NCBI GenBank assembly: GCA_944386385.1
Contig: CALXAV010000009.1
Coordinates: 3,615 to 67,614 of the forward strand
From: an uncultured Clostridia bacterium
Lineage (GTDB): Bacteria > Bacillota > Clostridia > TANB77 > CAG-508
Reading direction: 5' to 3'
DNA: 64,000 bases
Notes under the pieces: generated by a model
The model's database searches: none
What the model was told of the DNA's origin: nothing
What the model saw: the letters and a program-made list of their open reading frames with translations, nothing else
In this document: one piece after another, positions 19,767 through 30,390 of the stretch
Layout: each line of letters opens with the position of its first letter
Position numbering within the stretch: the stretch's first letter is position 1
Position numbers and translations under genes: made by a program

Positions 19767-20120
19767 TTAATGACAAACAGTCCTTGCCACGTACCTATCG
19801 AAATTCTTGCCTGCATATTCGATGTAACGATCATATGGTTCAGAATCTTTAAATTCTAACCCCACATGCCCATCCTTGATGCAGAACTCGTATTGCCCTT
19901 TCGGATAATAGTCCGAAATAGGTCTTGTGCTTGTAAGGAAAAACTTCTTTGCATTGACAACCTTTCCCTGATCAATCCGTACAAAAACGTGATTGAATCT
20001 TACAACAGGACATATCGCTGCAAATGGGATTCTCCCTTTTGCTCCCTTCTCAACTACCATTGTTAGATACACCGAAGAAATCGGCATATTCTGATAGTCT
20101 TCTAAAGTAGGTTTCTTCAT
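19767..20120 (-). CDS. Orphan protein 2 (118 aa) of elevated GC composition
   Basis: Start at MKKPTLEDYQ with SD AGGAGAAAA. Hand counts of 42-47% GC for 19861-19980. No recognisable family. Confidence 0.6.
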   Translation of the reverse strand: MKKPTLEDYQNMPISSVYLTMVVEKGAKGRIPFAAICPVVRFNHVFVRIDQGKVVNAKKFFLTSTRPISDYYPKGQYEFCIKDGHVGLEFKDSEPYDRYIEYAGKNFDRYVARTVCH

Positions 20121-20212
20121 TTTTCTCCTAAAACACTCGTTTCCAATAAAGCCTATATTAACCTGCAAAAACAGGAGAACAGAATTATATGCTATTTTTT
20201 TAGCATAACTAT

Positions 20213-20241
20213 ATTATATCACACTTTTTATAGAATTCCAA
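20213..20241 (-). promoter_or_regulatory. Putative sigma-A promoter for orphan 2
   Basis: TTGGAA, 17 nt, TATAAT, with an upstream TG (TGATATAAT). Confidence 0.55.
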
Positions 20242-20251
20242 GTTATGTAGA

Positions 20252-20695
20252 TTATAATTCTTTTATTGCATTTCTTGCCAGCTCATCACATCTATTATTT
20301 AATTCGTTATCACTATGTCCTTTTACTTTTATAAAGTTAACTTTATGTATTTTTGTTAGATTATATAGCTCTTCCCATATTTCTTTATTTTTTACAGGTT
20401 CTTTTGATGCTGTTTTCCAATTATTTTTTACCCAATTATATATCCACCCTTGTGTAAAACAATTCACTATATATGCACTATCACTATGTAAATCAACTTC
20501 ACAAGGATACTTTAGTATCTTTAAAGCCTCTACAACTGCTATTAACTCCATTACATTATTTGTTGTATCTCTTTTCCCTCCTGATATTTCTTTTCTATTC
20601 TTATTATAAATTAATACTGCTGCCCAACCTCCTGGTCCTGGATTCCCAGAGCAAGCTCCGTCTGTATATATTGTCACTTTTTCCATATTATTCAT
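20252..20695 (-). CDS. rnhA: Ribonuclease HI
   Basis: [39 protein letters not shown]. Confidence 0.9.
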   Translation of the reverse strand: MNNMEKVTIYTDGACSGNPGPGGWAAVLIYNKNRKEISGGKRDTTNNVMELIAVVEALKILKYPCEVDLHSDSAYIVNCFTQGWIYNWVKNNWKTASKEPVKNKEIWEELYNLTKIHKVNFIKVKGHSDNELNNRCDELARNAIKEL

Positions 20696-20773
20696 ACCTT
20701 TCCATTGTTTTTTTCTCCATTTTATGGTAATATTATAACAGTAATTATAAAAATATACAAGGAAGGAATTAGC

Positions 20774-22006
20774 ATGGGAAAAGTTTTAGGTATCGTATGT
20801 GAATATAACCCATTTCATAATGGCCATTTGTATCATTTAGAGCAATCTAAAAAAGCAACTGGCTCTAATTATGTTGTGGCAATTATGAGTGGGAATTTTA
20901 CCCAGCGTGGTAGTACTGCTATTATTGATAAATGGTCAAGAACAGAGGCTGCTCTTAAATGTGGTGTTGATTTAGTAATAGAACTTCCTGTTCTATATGC
21001 TACATCTAGTGCTGAAAATTTTGCATATGGCGCTATTCATATTTTAGACTCACTTAAAATTGTAGATTATCTTGGATTTGGTAGTGAAACTTCTGACATT
21101 GAAGCATTAAGTAATATCGCAGATATATTACATAAAGAGCCTAAAGTTTATAAAAATATTTTAGCAGATGAATTAAAAAAGGGCGATTCTTTTCCTAAAG
21201 CAAGAGAGAATGCTTTATTAACATATTTAGGTAATGATAAAAGATATGCCAATGTTCTTTCTTCTCCTAACAATATTTTAGGAATTGAATATATAAAGGC
21301 TTTAAAAAAATATAAAAGTAATATCACTCCTATTTCTATTACAAGGTTTGAAGCAGGTTATAATGATTTAAATTATTCTGGAAATATTGCAAGTGCTACT
21401 GCTATTAGAAATATTATTAAAAATGGTAACTTTGATATTGCTAGAAGATTACTTCCACCACCTAGCTATGGTATTTTAATGGATAATATTAAACAAGGTC
21501 ATATAATTCCTGATTTGTCTGTTTTTGAAAGACAAATTATTTATAATTTAAGAAAAATGTCAACAGAAGAAATTGCTGAACTTCCAGATGTAACAGAAGG
21601 ATTAGAATTTTCTATAAAAAAAGTAGCAAATTCATGTAATACTATTCATGAGTTTTTAACACTTATAAAATCTAAGAGGTACACTTCTACTAGATTACAA
21701 AGGATTTTATTATATTCTTTACTTGGTATTACAAAAAAAGATATAGCTTTATCTAAAAAAGTTAATCCTTATGTTAGAGTTTTAGGTTTAAATAACAGAG
21801 GAAAATTTATAATATCAGAAATTGCAAAGGCAAATCCAAGACTTGAAATAATTACTTCTGTTAAGCGTTTTACTGACAAATCTACTAATAAGAATTTAAA
21901 ACTTATGCTTGATAAAGATATCTTCGCAACTAATGTATATACTATTGGTTATGATTTCAATTCTTGTAATAACTTAGACTTTACTAAAAAAATTGTTACA
22001 ATATAA
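20774..22006 (+). CDS. tmcAL: tRNA(Met) cytidine acetate ligase TmcAL (YlbM/UPF0348)
   Basis: [23 protein letters not shown]-terminus. Start at 20774 after RBS AAGGAAGG. Confidence 0.8.
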   Translation: MGKVLGIVCEYNPFHNGHLYHLEQSKKATGSNYVVAIMSGNFTQRGSTAIIDKWSRTEAALKCGVDLVIELPVLYATSSAENFAYGAIHILDSLKIVDYLGFGSETSDIEALSNIADILHKEPKVYKNILADELKKGDSFPKARENALLTYLGNDKRYANVLSSPNNILGIEYIKALKKYKSNITPISITRFEAGYNDLNYSGNIASATAIRNIIKNGNFDIARRLLPPPSYGILMDNIKQGHIIPDLSVFERQIIYNLRKMSTEEIAELPDVTEGLEFSIKKVANSCNTIHEFLTLIKSKRYTSTRLQRILLYSLLGITKKDIALSKKVNPYVRVLGLNNRGKFIISEIAKANPRLEIITSVKRFTDKSTNKNLKLMLDKDIFATNVYTIGYDFNSCNNLDFTKKIVTI

Positions 22007-22046
22007 AAAAGATTACTAAAAATATAATTTAGTAATCTTTTATTTT
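22007..22046 (+). terminator. tmcAL terminator
   Basis: AAAAGATTACTAAA / TTTAGTAATCTTTT stem followed by a T-run. Confidence 0.7.
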
Positions 22047-22084
22047 AACATTTAAACAAAAAAAGATACTTTTAAGTATCTTTT

Positions 22085-22395
22085 TGGTGGGCAGGGAAGG
22101 ATTCGAACCTTCGTACTCAAATGAGAACAGATTTCTTACTACTATAGTTTTCACTACCAATTTCTTGTTTGTAGTCTGGACTTTCTCTTTATCTTAAAAT
22201 TAAGATACTAGGTATAAAGTCTCTACACTCGGAAATTTCTTTCCTAGCTCGGGATTGCCATCAGCCTTACCTGTTAAGGATTCCCCGAATTAGCCTAGTT
22301 ATCATCATACAATCACTTGTATGAGCTGCAAATTTAGGTTTTGGAATAAACCAAAGACTACAGTCTGCCGCCTTTAGCCACTCGGCCACCTACCC
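22085..22395 (-). tRNA. tRNA-Tyr(GUA), class II, interrupted by an intron in the anticodon loop
   Basis: 5' exon GGGTAGGTGGCCGAGTGGCTAAAGGCGGCAGACTGT (22395-22360) plus 3' exon AAATCTGTTCTCATTTGAGTACGAAGGTTCGAATCCTTCCCTGCCCACCA (22134-22085) fold into an 86-nt cloverleaf with loop CTGTAAA, a long variable arm and an encoded CCA. Confidence 0.85.
22135..22359 (-). ncRNA. Group I intron (IC3-like) within tRNA-Tyr
   Basis: Core blocks AAACCTAAATTTGCAG, GATGGCAATCCCGAGCTAGG, GTGTAGAGACTTTATACC and AAAGAGAAAGTCCAGACTAC parallel the Anabaena tRNA-Leu and Azoarcus tRNA-Ile introns. U precedes the 5' splice site and the intron ends in G. Confidence 0.75.
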
Positions 22396-22407
22396 TTATA
22401 TAAAAAA

Positions 22408-22484
22408 TGGTGCTCCCTCAAGGATTCGAACCTTGGACCCACTGGTTATGAGCCAGTTGCTCTGACCAACTGAGCTAAGGGAGC
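22408..22484 (-). tRNA. tRNA with anticodon CAU (elongator Met or lysidine-modified Ile2; not an initiator)
   Basis: GCTCCCTTAGCTCAGTTGGTCAGAGCAACTGGCTCATAACCAGTGGGTCCAAGGTTCGAATCCTTGAGGGAGCACCA. Full cloverleaf, G1-C72 pair, encoded CCA. Confidence 0.9.
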
Positions 22485-22511
22485 ATGTGCTGTTTACTTA
22501 GCACAGATTAA

Positions 22512-22540
22512 AGTATAAACCATTTTTATATAATTGTCAA
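22512..22540 (-). promoter_or_regulatory. Promoter of the tRNA(CAU)-tRNA(Tyr) operon
   Basis: Minus strand TTGACA, 17 nt, TATACT, about 25 nt upstream of the first tRNA. Confidence 0.65.
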
Positions 22541-22588
22541 TAGTTTTTCTTAATTTTTTTATAGTAATTTTAATTGCGTTGAATCCAA

Positions 22589-22639
22589 GTGAACTACCCA
22601 TTGTCTAAAGCCAATGGGATTGCAGTTGCCGTATTTCAA
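22589..22639 (-). mobile_element. 51-bp miniature derivative (left-end/right-end fusion) of the IS200/IS605-type element at 24108-25492
   Basis: Minus strand TTGAAATACGGCAACTGCAATCCCATTGGCTTTAGAC matches the IS left end, and AATGGGTAGTTCAC matches the IS right end. They are joined at the CCCATTGGCTTTAGAC motif shared by both ends. Confidence 0.7.
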
Positions 22640-22724
22640 AATGCACATTTGTAAAAATTTTTTCTGTATATACGATTAAATATGCTCGTTTGCTTACTTT
22701 TTTGAACAGAAACGAATCTTTTAC

Positions 22725-24023
22725 TTATTTGTCAGCGTATTTCACGTCTTCTTCACTATATTCTTCTGCTCTTAGCCCTAACCTTGTTTTCATATAAATT
22801 TGTAATAATATAGAAGATATAAAAAATATAATTCCCATAATTATAAACCCATAATCTATTGTAGCAATTGTTAATACAAATGACCCTATTGAATTTATAA
22901 TAACTCTTTCAAAATTACAATATACATTATTCATGGAATATATTGTTGGAAGTACTTTTGAATTTGTAAAATTATTTATATACCTCTTATATAAAATGGT
23001 ATATATACCATCTAATATATACATTAAGATTGATATACCAACAATTATTAATAATTTAAACTCTATCCTTATTTTTATTAAACTCATAATTCCAATCAAT
23101 ATAAATACTATGGCAATAAGAATTGACATATATGTCAAGGATTTATTTTTATACCCATCATTATATTTATTTGCAAATTTTCCACTATAACCTTTAATAA
23201 TAGTTTGTATCATCGAAATTATTCCTATAATACTTGCTGAAACTCCTATATTTTTAAACAACGTCATTTGATATGTTGAAAATAATGTGGTCACTCCCCA
23301 AATGAAACCTACAGATAACAATAATGCCCTTATTCTTCCTGACTTAATTGTAAATAAAAATCCATCTTTTAACTCTTTAACATAATTTGTTATCTTTTTT
23401 ATCTCTTGTTCTTTTGTAACCTTCTCTTCTATCTCTTTAAATTTTATAGATATAAACTCTGATATTATTGCACATAACAAACACAAGTACATTGGAATAT
23501 ACGGATTTATATCATACAGAAATCCTGCTGCAATAGTAGCAATTGCTGAGAATATACAAAATCCAAAATATGCTTTTCCATCTATTCTCGAAAATATATC
23601 TGACTTTTTATTTGAATTTGGAATTGATTCATTGAGTATAGGTGCAAATGAAATATTTTTCATAGAAAAAGCTGCTGCACTTAAAATTTGCGCGAGCATA
23701 ATTTGCGTAATTCCATTTCCCAGTATAAAAACCATAATAGAGATTATATTAATACCATCTCCTATTATTAGTGTTTTTTTATTTCCCACTTTACTATTTA
23801 TAAGTGTCGATAATACTAAAAATATTATTGATGTAAGTGCAAATACTGTTGAAAGTAAAACTATGCTTGCATCTGAAATATTTTTTACTTGTGAAAAATA
23901 CAAGACTTTTATTCCATAATAAAATAACATATCATATCCAAAGATTATATAATATGGATATAGTCTCATATTACTCTTTCTCTTTTTTGCTTCTATCAAA
24001 ATTTCTTCTTTTACTTTCGTCAT
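22725..24023 (-). CDS. MFS-type transporter (432 aa, about 12 TM segments)
   Basis: Polytopic ORF with two 6-TM halves separated by a charged loop. Confidence 0.6.
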   Translation of the reverse strand: MTKVKEEILIEAKKRKSNMRLYPYYIIFGYDMLFYYGIKVLYFSQVKNISDASIVLLSTVFALTSIIFLVLSTLINSKVGNKKTLIIGDGINIISIMVFILGNGITQIMLAQILSAAAFSMKNISFAPILNESIPNSNKKSDIFSRIDGKAYFGFCIFSAIATIAAGFLYDINPYIPMYLCLLCAIISEFISIKFKEIEEKVTKEQEIKKITNYVKELKDGFLFTIKSGRIRALLLSVGFIWGVTTLFSTYQMTLFKNIGVSASIIGIISMIQTIIKGYSGKFANKYNDGYKNKSLTYMSILIAIVFILIGIMSLIKIRIEFKLLIIVGISILMYILDGIYTILYKRYINNFTNSKVLPTIYSMNNVYCNFERVIINSIGSFVLTIATIDYGFIIMGIIFFISSILLQIYMKTRLGLRAEEYSEEDVKYADK

Positions 24024-24037
24024 CTCCTCATCCTCTG

Positions 24038-24106
24038 TTAATATCGGTCATTAGCATATCTTAAATCTTCTTTATTATACTCTTCTGGCCTTAACCCCAC
24101 TCTTGT
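24038..24106 (-). pseudogene. 3' tail of a second, degraded MFS paralog, cut off by the IS insertion
   Basis: Translates to TRVGLRPEEYNKEDLRYANDRY*, parallel to the C-terminus KTRLGLRAEEYSEEDVKYADK* of the intact neighbour. Confidence 0.65.
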
Positions 24107-24107
24107 T

Positions 24108-24300
24108 GTGAACTACCCATTGTCTAAAGCCAATGGGCTTCCTGCTTCATAGACCTCGTAACCTACTATCTCCACAGGCGTTAATTTGGGCAGTCCCAGC
24201 CCTATATTTTTCTCTATGCTATTTTTCTTAATCCTTCCATTAGGATATTTGTCGCAGCATTTATATCCCTGTCATGCTTTGCTTTGCACTTAGGACATGT
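24108..24300 (-). ncRNA. Predicted TnpB guide RNA (omega/reRNA) scaffold region; 5' boundary approximate
   Basis: By analogy with characterised TnpB elements, the RNA spans the tnpB 3' end to the right-end boundary. The structured 106-nt non-coding tail ends in a hairpin plus TAGTTCAC. Confidence 0.35.
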
Positions 24301-25317
24301 CCATTTTCTGACTGCCAAATCTTTTGTATCTACATTCTGATATCCACAAACAGAACACAACTGACTACTGGCATAAAAAGTATCTATTTTTATATATTTT
24401 CTTCCATTCCATATAGCCTTATATTCTAATTGTCTTGTAAGCTCATTCCATGATGCATCTATTATTGATTTTGCTAGATGATGATTTTTTACCATGTTCT
24501 TTATCTGTAAATTTTCTGTAACTATCACTTGGTTTTCGCTGATAATCTTATTAGAAACTTTATGCAGATAATCTTTTCTAATGTTATTTATTTTCTCGTG
24601 ACATAATGCTATTTCTTTTTTCTTCTTTTGGTAATTTTTACTTCCTTTTTTCTTATGTGCTAACTCTCTTTGTTTCCTTGAAAGTTTTCTCTCGTATTTC
24701 TTTATTGTCTTTGGATTTTCATATTTCTCTCCTTCTGATGTAATACATAAATCCTTAATTCCCAAATCTAATCCTATATTTTGTTTTGCATGTGGTAATT
24801 CTTCATGCTCTGTTTCTACTAGTATTGACACATAGTATTTCCCACTTGGAACTTGCGATACTGTTACTGATTTTATCTGCCCATTAAATTTTCTGTGTAA
24901 TTTTGATTTTACTTTCTTTAATTTTGGTAGTTTTATTTTTCCATTCTCATAATCTACAGTTATATTTCCATTAGTATAATTCGTAGTATATGATTTATGG
25001 TTATCATGCTTACTTTTAAACTTTGGATACCCTGCATTTTCTTTGAAAAATTTCTGATAGGCAGTATCCATATTATATATTGCATTAGTTAAAGCAAACT
25101 TATCCACATCCTTTAGCCATTCGTATTCTTTCTTTAACTTTCTGTTACAATAATTGTTGCAGTCTATTTTACTAACAGTTTTCTTCTCTTTCTCATAACA
25201 TTCTTTTCGATATGCTAATGTTTGATTATAAACAAAACGGCAACAGCCAAATGTTTTTACTATCTGTTCTTTCTGCTCTTTATTGGGATATATTCTATAT
25301 TTATATGTTTTTAACAT
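24214..25317 (-). CDS. tnpB: RNA-guided endonuclease TnpB (IS605 OrfB family)
   Basis: MLKTYKYRIYPNKEQ N-terminus, GLDLGI (RuvC-I), VTENL, CSVCGYQ..CPKCKAKHDRDINAA zinc finger and RuvC-III. Start at 25317 after RBS AAAGGAGGTGA. Confidence 0.85.
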   Translation of the reverse strand: MLKTYKYRIYPNKEQKEQIVKTFGCCRFVYNQTLAYRKECYEKEKKTVSKIDCNNYCNRKLKKEYEWLKDVDKFALTNAIYNMDTAYQKFFKENAGYPKFKSKHDNHKSYTTNYTNGNITVDYENGKIKLPKLKKVKSKLHRKFNGQIKSVTVSQVPSGKYYVSILVETEHEELPHAKQNIGLDLGIKDLCITSEGEKYENPKTIKKYERKLSRKQRELAHKKKGSKNYQKKKKEIALCHEKINNIRKDYLHKVSNKIISENQVIVTENLQIKNMVKNHHLAKSIIDASWNELTRQLEYKAIWNGRKYIKIDTFYASSQLCSVCGYQNVDTKDLAVRKWTCPKCKAKHDRDINAATNILMEGLRKIA

Positions 25318-25488
25318 TTTAACTGTCACCTCCTTTTTTCTATACTTACATAAAAAAATAATATGACATTGTAGTAAATATTTTTTTCTGTTTTTTGATT
25401 TATCAATACCGATAGTATAACACAGAAAATATACTTTTGGCAACCTCGACCAATCGTCTAAAGCCAATGGGATTGCGGTTGCCTTATT

Positions 25489-25683
25489 TCAATTAGTATA
25501 GTAATTACAATAAATATAACTCCCATTATAACCATATTTTACATCAACTAAAGTCAATACAAAAGAACCTATCGCTGTAATTATAACTCTTGCTATATTC
25601 CAATATATATTTGTCATTGTATATATTGAAGGATATAACTTCATATTAAGTTTTCTCAAATGAGCTTCCTCAATTTTTTTCAT
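25489..25683 (-). pseudogene. Internal fragment of the degraded MFS paralog (also frameshifted)
   Basis: LYPSIYTMTNIYWNIARVIITAIGSFVLTL parallels LPTIYSMNNVYCNFERVIINSIGSFVLTI of the 22725-24023 gene. There is no 5' part, because dprA ends at 25741. Confidence 0.65.
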
Positions 25684-25740
25684 ATGCTACACTCCTTGTT
25701 TTCTTTTGTTACTACTAATTTTAATATAACATTTTTCATA

Positions 25741-26646
25741 TTATATTTCAACATCATTATATGTAGTTATTAATTTTGCTCCTTGTTTTATTAAATCATT
25801 TGTTCCTACTGAGTTTATTGAATTTATATTTCCTGGCACAACATATATATCTTTTCCTTGTTCTAATGCAAAATCTACTGTTATTAATGTCCCACTTTTT
25901 TCTTTAGCTTCTATTACAACCACTCCATTACTTAGCCCACTAATAATTCTATTTCTAGCAGGAAAATGCATTTTTTGTGGTTTTGTTCCTATTGGATACT
26001 CAGAAATAACACAGCCACCTAATTCTATTATTTTCTGTTCTAACATTTGATTTTCTTTTGGATATACTATATCTAATCCATTTCCTACAACTGCAATAGG
26101 TTTTCCACAGCTCACATCATTATCCACATGTGGATAACTTTTCTCTAAAAGTGCATAACCATTTCCAATATGTGAATAACTATCTACGCCTTTTGCTAAT
26201 CCACTTATTATATTGATTCCTTTTTTTGATAAGTTGTAACCAAAATATTTTGCAGCTTTTTTACCATATTCACTTGCATCTCTGCAACCTATTATTGCTA
26301 TTGCCTTATTATTTAAAATTTCTTTATTTCCTTTTACATATAAACTAATTGGTGAATCATATATTTGTTTTAATTTTTGAGGATAATTTTTATCTATAAT
26401 CGAAATAATATTTATATTATTTCTTTCCATGTATGAAACGTGTTTATCTACCGCTTCTTTTACTTTTCTATCTGAAATATTATCCACAGTCTGTGTTCCT
26501 ATTCCTCTTATTTTTAATAATTCACTTTTTCTTAAATAATATATTCGTTTAGGATTTCTATATATTTCTAATAATTTTTTCTTCCTTTTATTTCCTAATC
26601 CTTTTATTAAACTAAACCATATCCAATATTTTTTATCTTCTACCAT
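25741..26646 (-). CDS. dprA: DNA processing protein DprA
   Basis: IAIIGCRDASEYG, SGLAKGVDS, FPARNRIISGLS, VVIEAKEKSGTLIT. Confidence 0.9.
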   Translation of the reverse strand: MVEDKKYWIWFSLIKGLGNKRKKKLLEIYRNPKRIYYLRKSELLKIRGIGTQTVDNISDRKVKEAVDKHVSYMERNNINIISIIDKNYPQKLKQIYDSPISLYVKGNKEILNNKAIAIIGCRDASEYGKKAAKYFGYNLSKKGINIISGLAKGVDSYSHIGNGYALLEKSYPHVDNDVSCGKPIAVVGNGLDIVYPKENQMLEQKIIELGGCVISEYPIGTKPQKMHFPARNRIISGLSNGVVVIEAKEKSGTLITVDFALEQGKDIYVVPGNINSINSVGTNDLIKQGAKLITTYNDVEI

Positions 26647-26673
26647 ATACTTCCTCCTTTAAACATAAAAAGA

Positions 26674-26693
26674 GCATTATTAAAAAATAATGC
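26674..26693 (-). terminator. folD terminator
   Basis: GCATTATT / AATAATGC stem followed by TCTTTTT on the minus strand. Confidence 0.55.
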
Positions 26694-26710
26694 CCCATAT
26701 CTTTATTTAA

Positions 26711-27574
26711 TTAAAATGTTGAATTTTCATTATATTGTTCTTTTGTTGCTTTTATTACATTGTTCATTAGCATTGCTATCGTCATTGGTCCAACCCCTCC
26801 AGGAACTGGAGTTATATAACTTGCTTTCTTTTCTACATTTTTAAAATCCACGTCTCCTACTAATTTTCCGTTTTCGTCTCTATTTATTCCTACATCTATT
26901 ATAACTACTCCATCTTTTACCATGTCTGCAGTTACAAATTTTGGTTGTCCTATTGCTGAAATAATCACATCTGCTCTTTTAGTGTGTTCCTCTAAACTTT
27001 TTGTTCTTGAATGGCAAACTGTTACAGTTGCATTTTTTTGTAAACAGCATTGTATAAGTGGTCTTCCTACAATATTACTTCTTCCTAATATTACCACATC
27101 TTTACCATTTAAGTCAATATTGTATTCTTCAAACATCTTGATAACACCTAAAGGAGTACATGATACAAATGTATCTTCACCTATACAAAGTTTTCCTACA
27201 CTAGAAGGAGTAAATCCATCTACATCTTTTAAATATGTTATTGCTTTAAAAGCTTGATTTATATTTAAATGCTCTGGTACTGGACTTTGTAACAAAATTC
27301 CATTTACTGTTTCATCTTGATTTAATTTTTTTATCAAATTTAGTAAATCTTCTTGTCTTGTATTTTCATCTAAAAGATATTCTTGATATTCTATTCCAAC
27401 TTCATTGCATGCCCTACTTTTATTTCTTACATATACTTTAGATGCTGGGTTATCTCCTACCATTATAACCGCAAGTTTTGGAGTTATCCCTTTTTTTTTC
27501 AACTCATCACATTCTACTTTCAAATTACTTCTTATCTTTTTTGCTAACGCTTTTCCATCTATTATTACAGCCAT
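26711..27574 (-). CDS. folD: Bifunctional methylenetetrahydrofolate dehydrogenase/cyclohydrolase FolD
   Basis: AVIIDGKALA, MVGDNPASKVYVRNK, GRSNIVGRP, TPVPGGVGPMT. Confidence 0.95.
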   Translation of the reverse strand: MAVIIDGKALAKKIRSNLKVECDELKKKGITPKLAVIMVGDNPASKVYVRNKSRACNEVGIEYQEYLLDENTRQEDLLNLIKKLNQDETVNGILLQSPVPEHLNINQAFKAITYLKDVDGFTPSSVGKLCIGEDTFVSCTPLGVIKMFEEYNIDLNGKDVVILGRSNIVGRPLIQCCLQKNATVTVCHSRTKSLEEHTKRADVIISAIGQPKFVTADMVKDGVVIIDVGINRDENGKLVGDVDFKNVEKKASYITPVPGGVGPMTIAMLMNNVIKATKEQYNENSTF

Positions 27575-27589
27575 TTTTTCAATCTCCTT

Positions 27590-27922
27590 TTATATAACAT
27601 AGTTCTTATTACATTTATGACATTGATAATGGAAGTCTTCCAAAATCTTACAATTTTTATTTTTATATTGTTCTAATATCTCACTTAAGTCTTCTATACA
27701 TTTATCATGATAAATATAATAGCATTTTTCTTTTGTGTTATATACTACTCTTCCCCTTGGAAAATAGTCAAAATCCACATGGTATTTATTATAATAATTT
27801 TTTTCCCATACCTCCATATGACTTTTTGGATAATTCAAAAAATCACCATATATCAAAGCTTTTTCGTTTTCACATTCGCTTACCAAAAACTTTCCTTTTA
27901 CGTAAAAAAATATATTTACCAT
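27590..27922 (-). CDS. Hypothetical Cys-containing protein (110 aa)
   Basis: ORF with host-like composition. No family recognised. Confidence 0.45.
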   Translation of the reverse strand: MVNIFFYVKGKFLVSECENEKALIYGDFLNYPKSHMEVWEKNYYNKYHVDFDYFPRGRVVYNTKEKCYYIYHDKCIEDLSEILEQYKNKNCKILEDFHYQCHKCNKNYVI

Positions 27923-27933
27923 CTATTTCACCT

Positions 27934-28173
27934 TTAAAAATCATCTCTTTTATATTCAATATCTTCCATATGTGGGAACATTTCTTTCACTCTTTTTAAT
28001 GTTAGCATAAGCATACGTGGTTGTGGATTTTTCTTATGTTCTGATATTAATTTTTGTGTATAACAATTATCTGCTGTTTTGAATAATAAATATCTATTTC
28101 CTACATAAGTATAATATATTTGATAACCATCTCTTAAATCTACCCACATTTTTTCAAAAGTATAATCTTCCAT
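27934..28173 (-). CDS. Hypothetical protein (79 aa)
   Basis: ORF with SD AAGGAGGACAT. Confidence 0.45.
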   Translation of the reverse strand: MEDYTFEKMWVDLRDGYQIYYTYVGNRYLLFKTADNCYTQKLISEHKKNPQPRMLMLTLKRVKEMFPHMEDIEYKRDDF

Positions 28174-28227
28174 ATGTCCTCCTTATATTTCTATGATGTG
28201 TCCCAAACGCGAAAAAAAGGTGTAAAT

Positions 28228-28274
28228 AGGGACGTTTCCTTTGGGCACATTTTTTTCGCTAAGGAAACGTCCCT
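28228..28274 (-). terminator. Long stem-loop downstream of ligA
   Basis: AGGGACGTTTCCTT / AAGGAAACGTCCCT: perfect 14-bp stem, 19-nt loop. Confidence 0.55.
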
Positions 28275-28283
28275 AATGCGAAA

Positions 28284-30356
<2,073 letters not shown>

Positions 30357-30390
30357 TTATAAATTCCTTTACTTTATATATGTATTTATT

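Larger units (their letters stand above)
24108..25492 (-). mobile_element. IS200/IS605-family element carrying only tnpB (no tnpA)
   Basis: Boundaries inferred by comparison with the mini copy at 22589-22639 and with the interrupted gene. The CCCATTGGCTTTAGAC motif is subterminal at both ends, but the clean hairpin (CCCATTG/CAATGGG) is seen only at the right end. Confidence 0.75.

Noticed and set aside
25489-25683. 64-aa ORF as a genuine small membrane protein gene
   Set aside because: It is colinear with an internal segment of the adjacent MFS transporter, is frameshifted at its end, and is truncated by the IS. It is a gene remnant.
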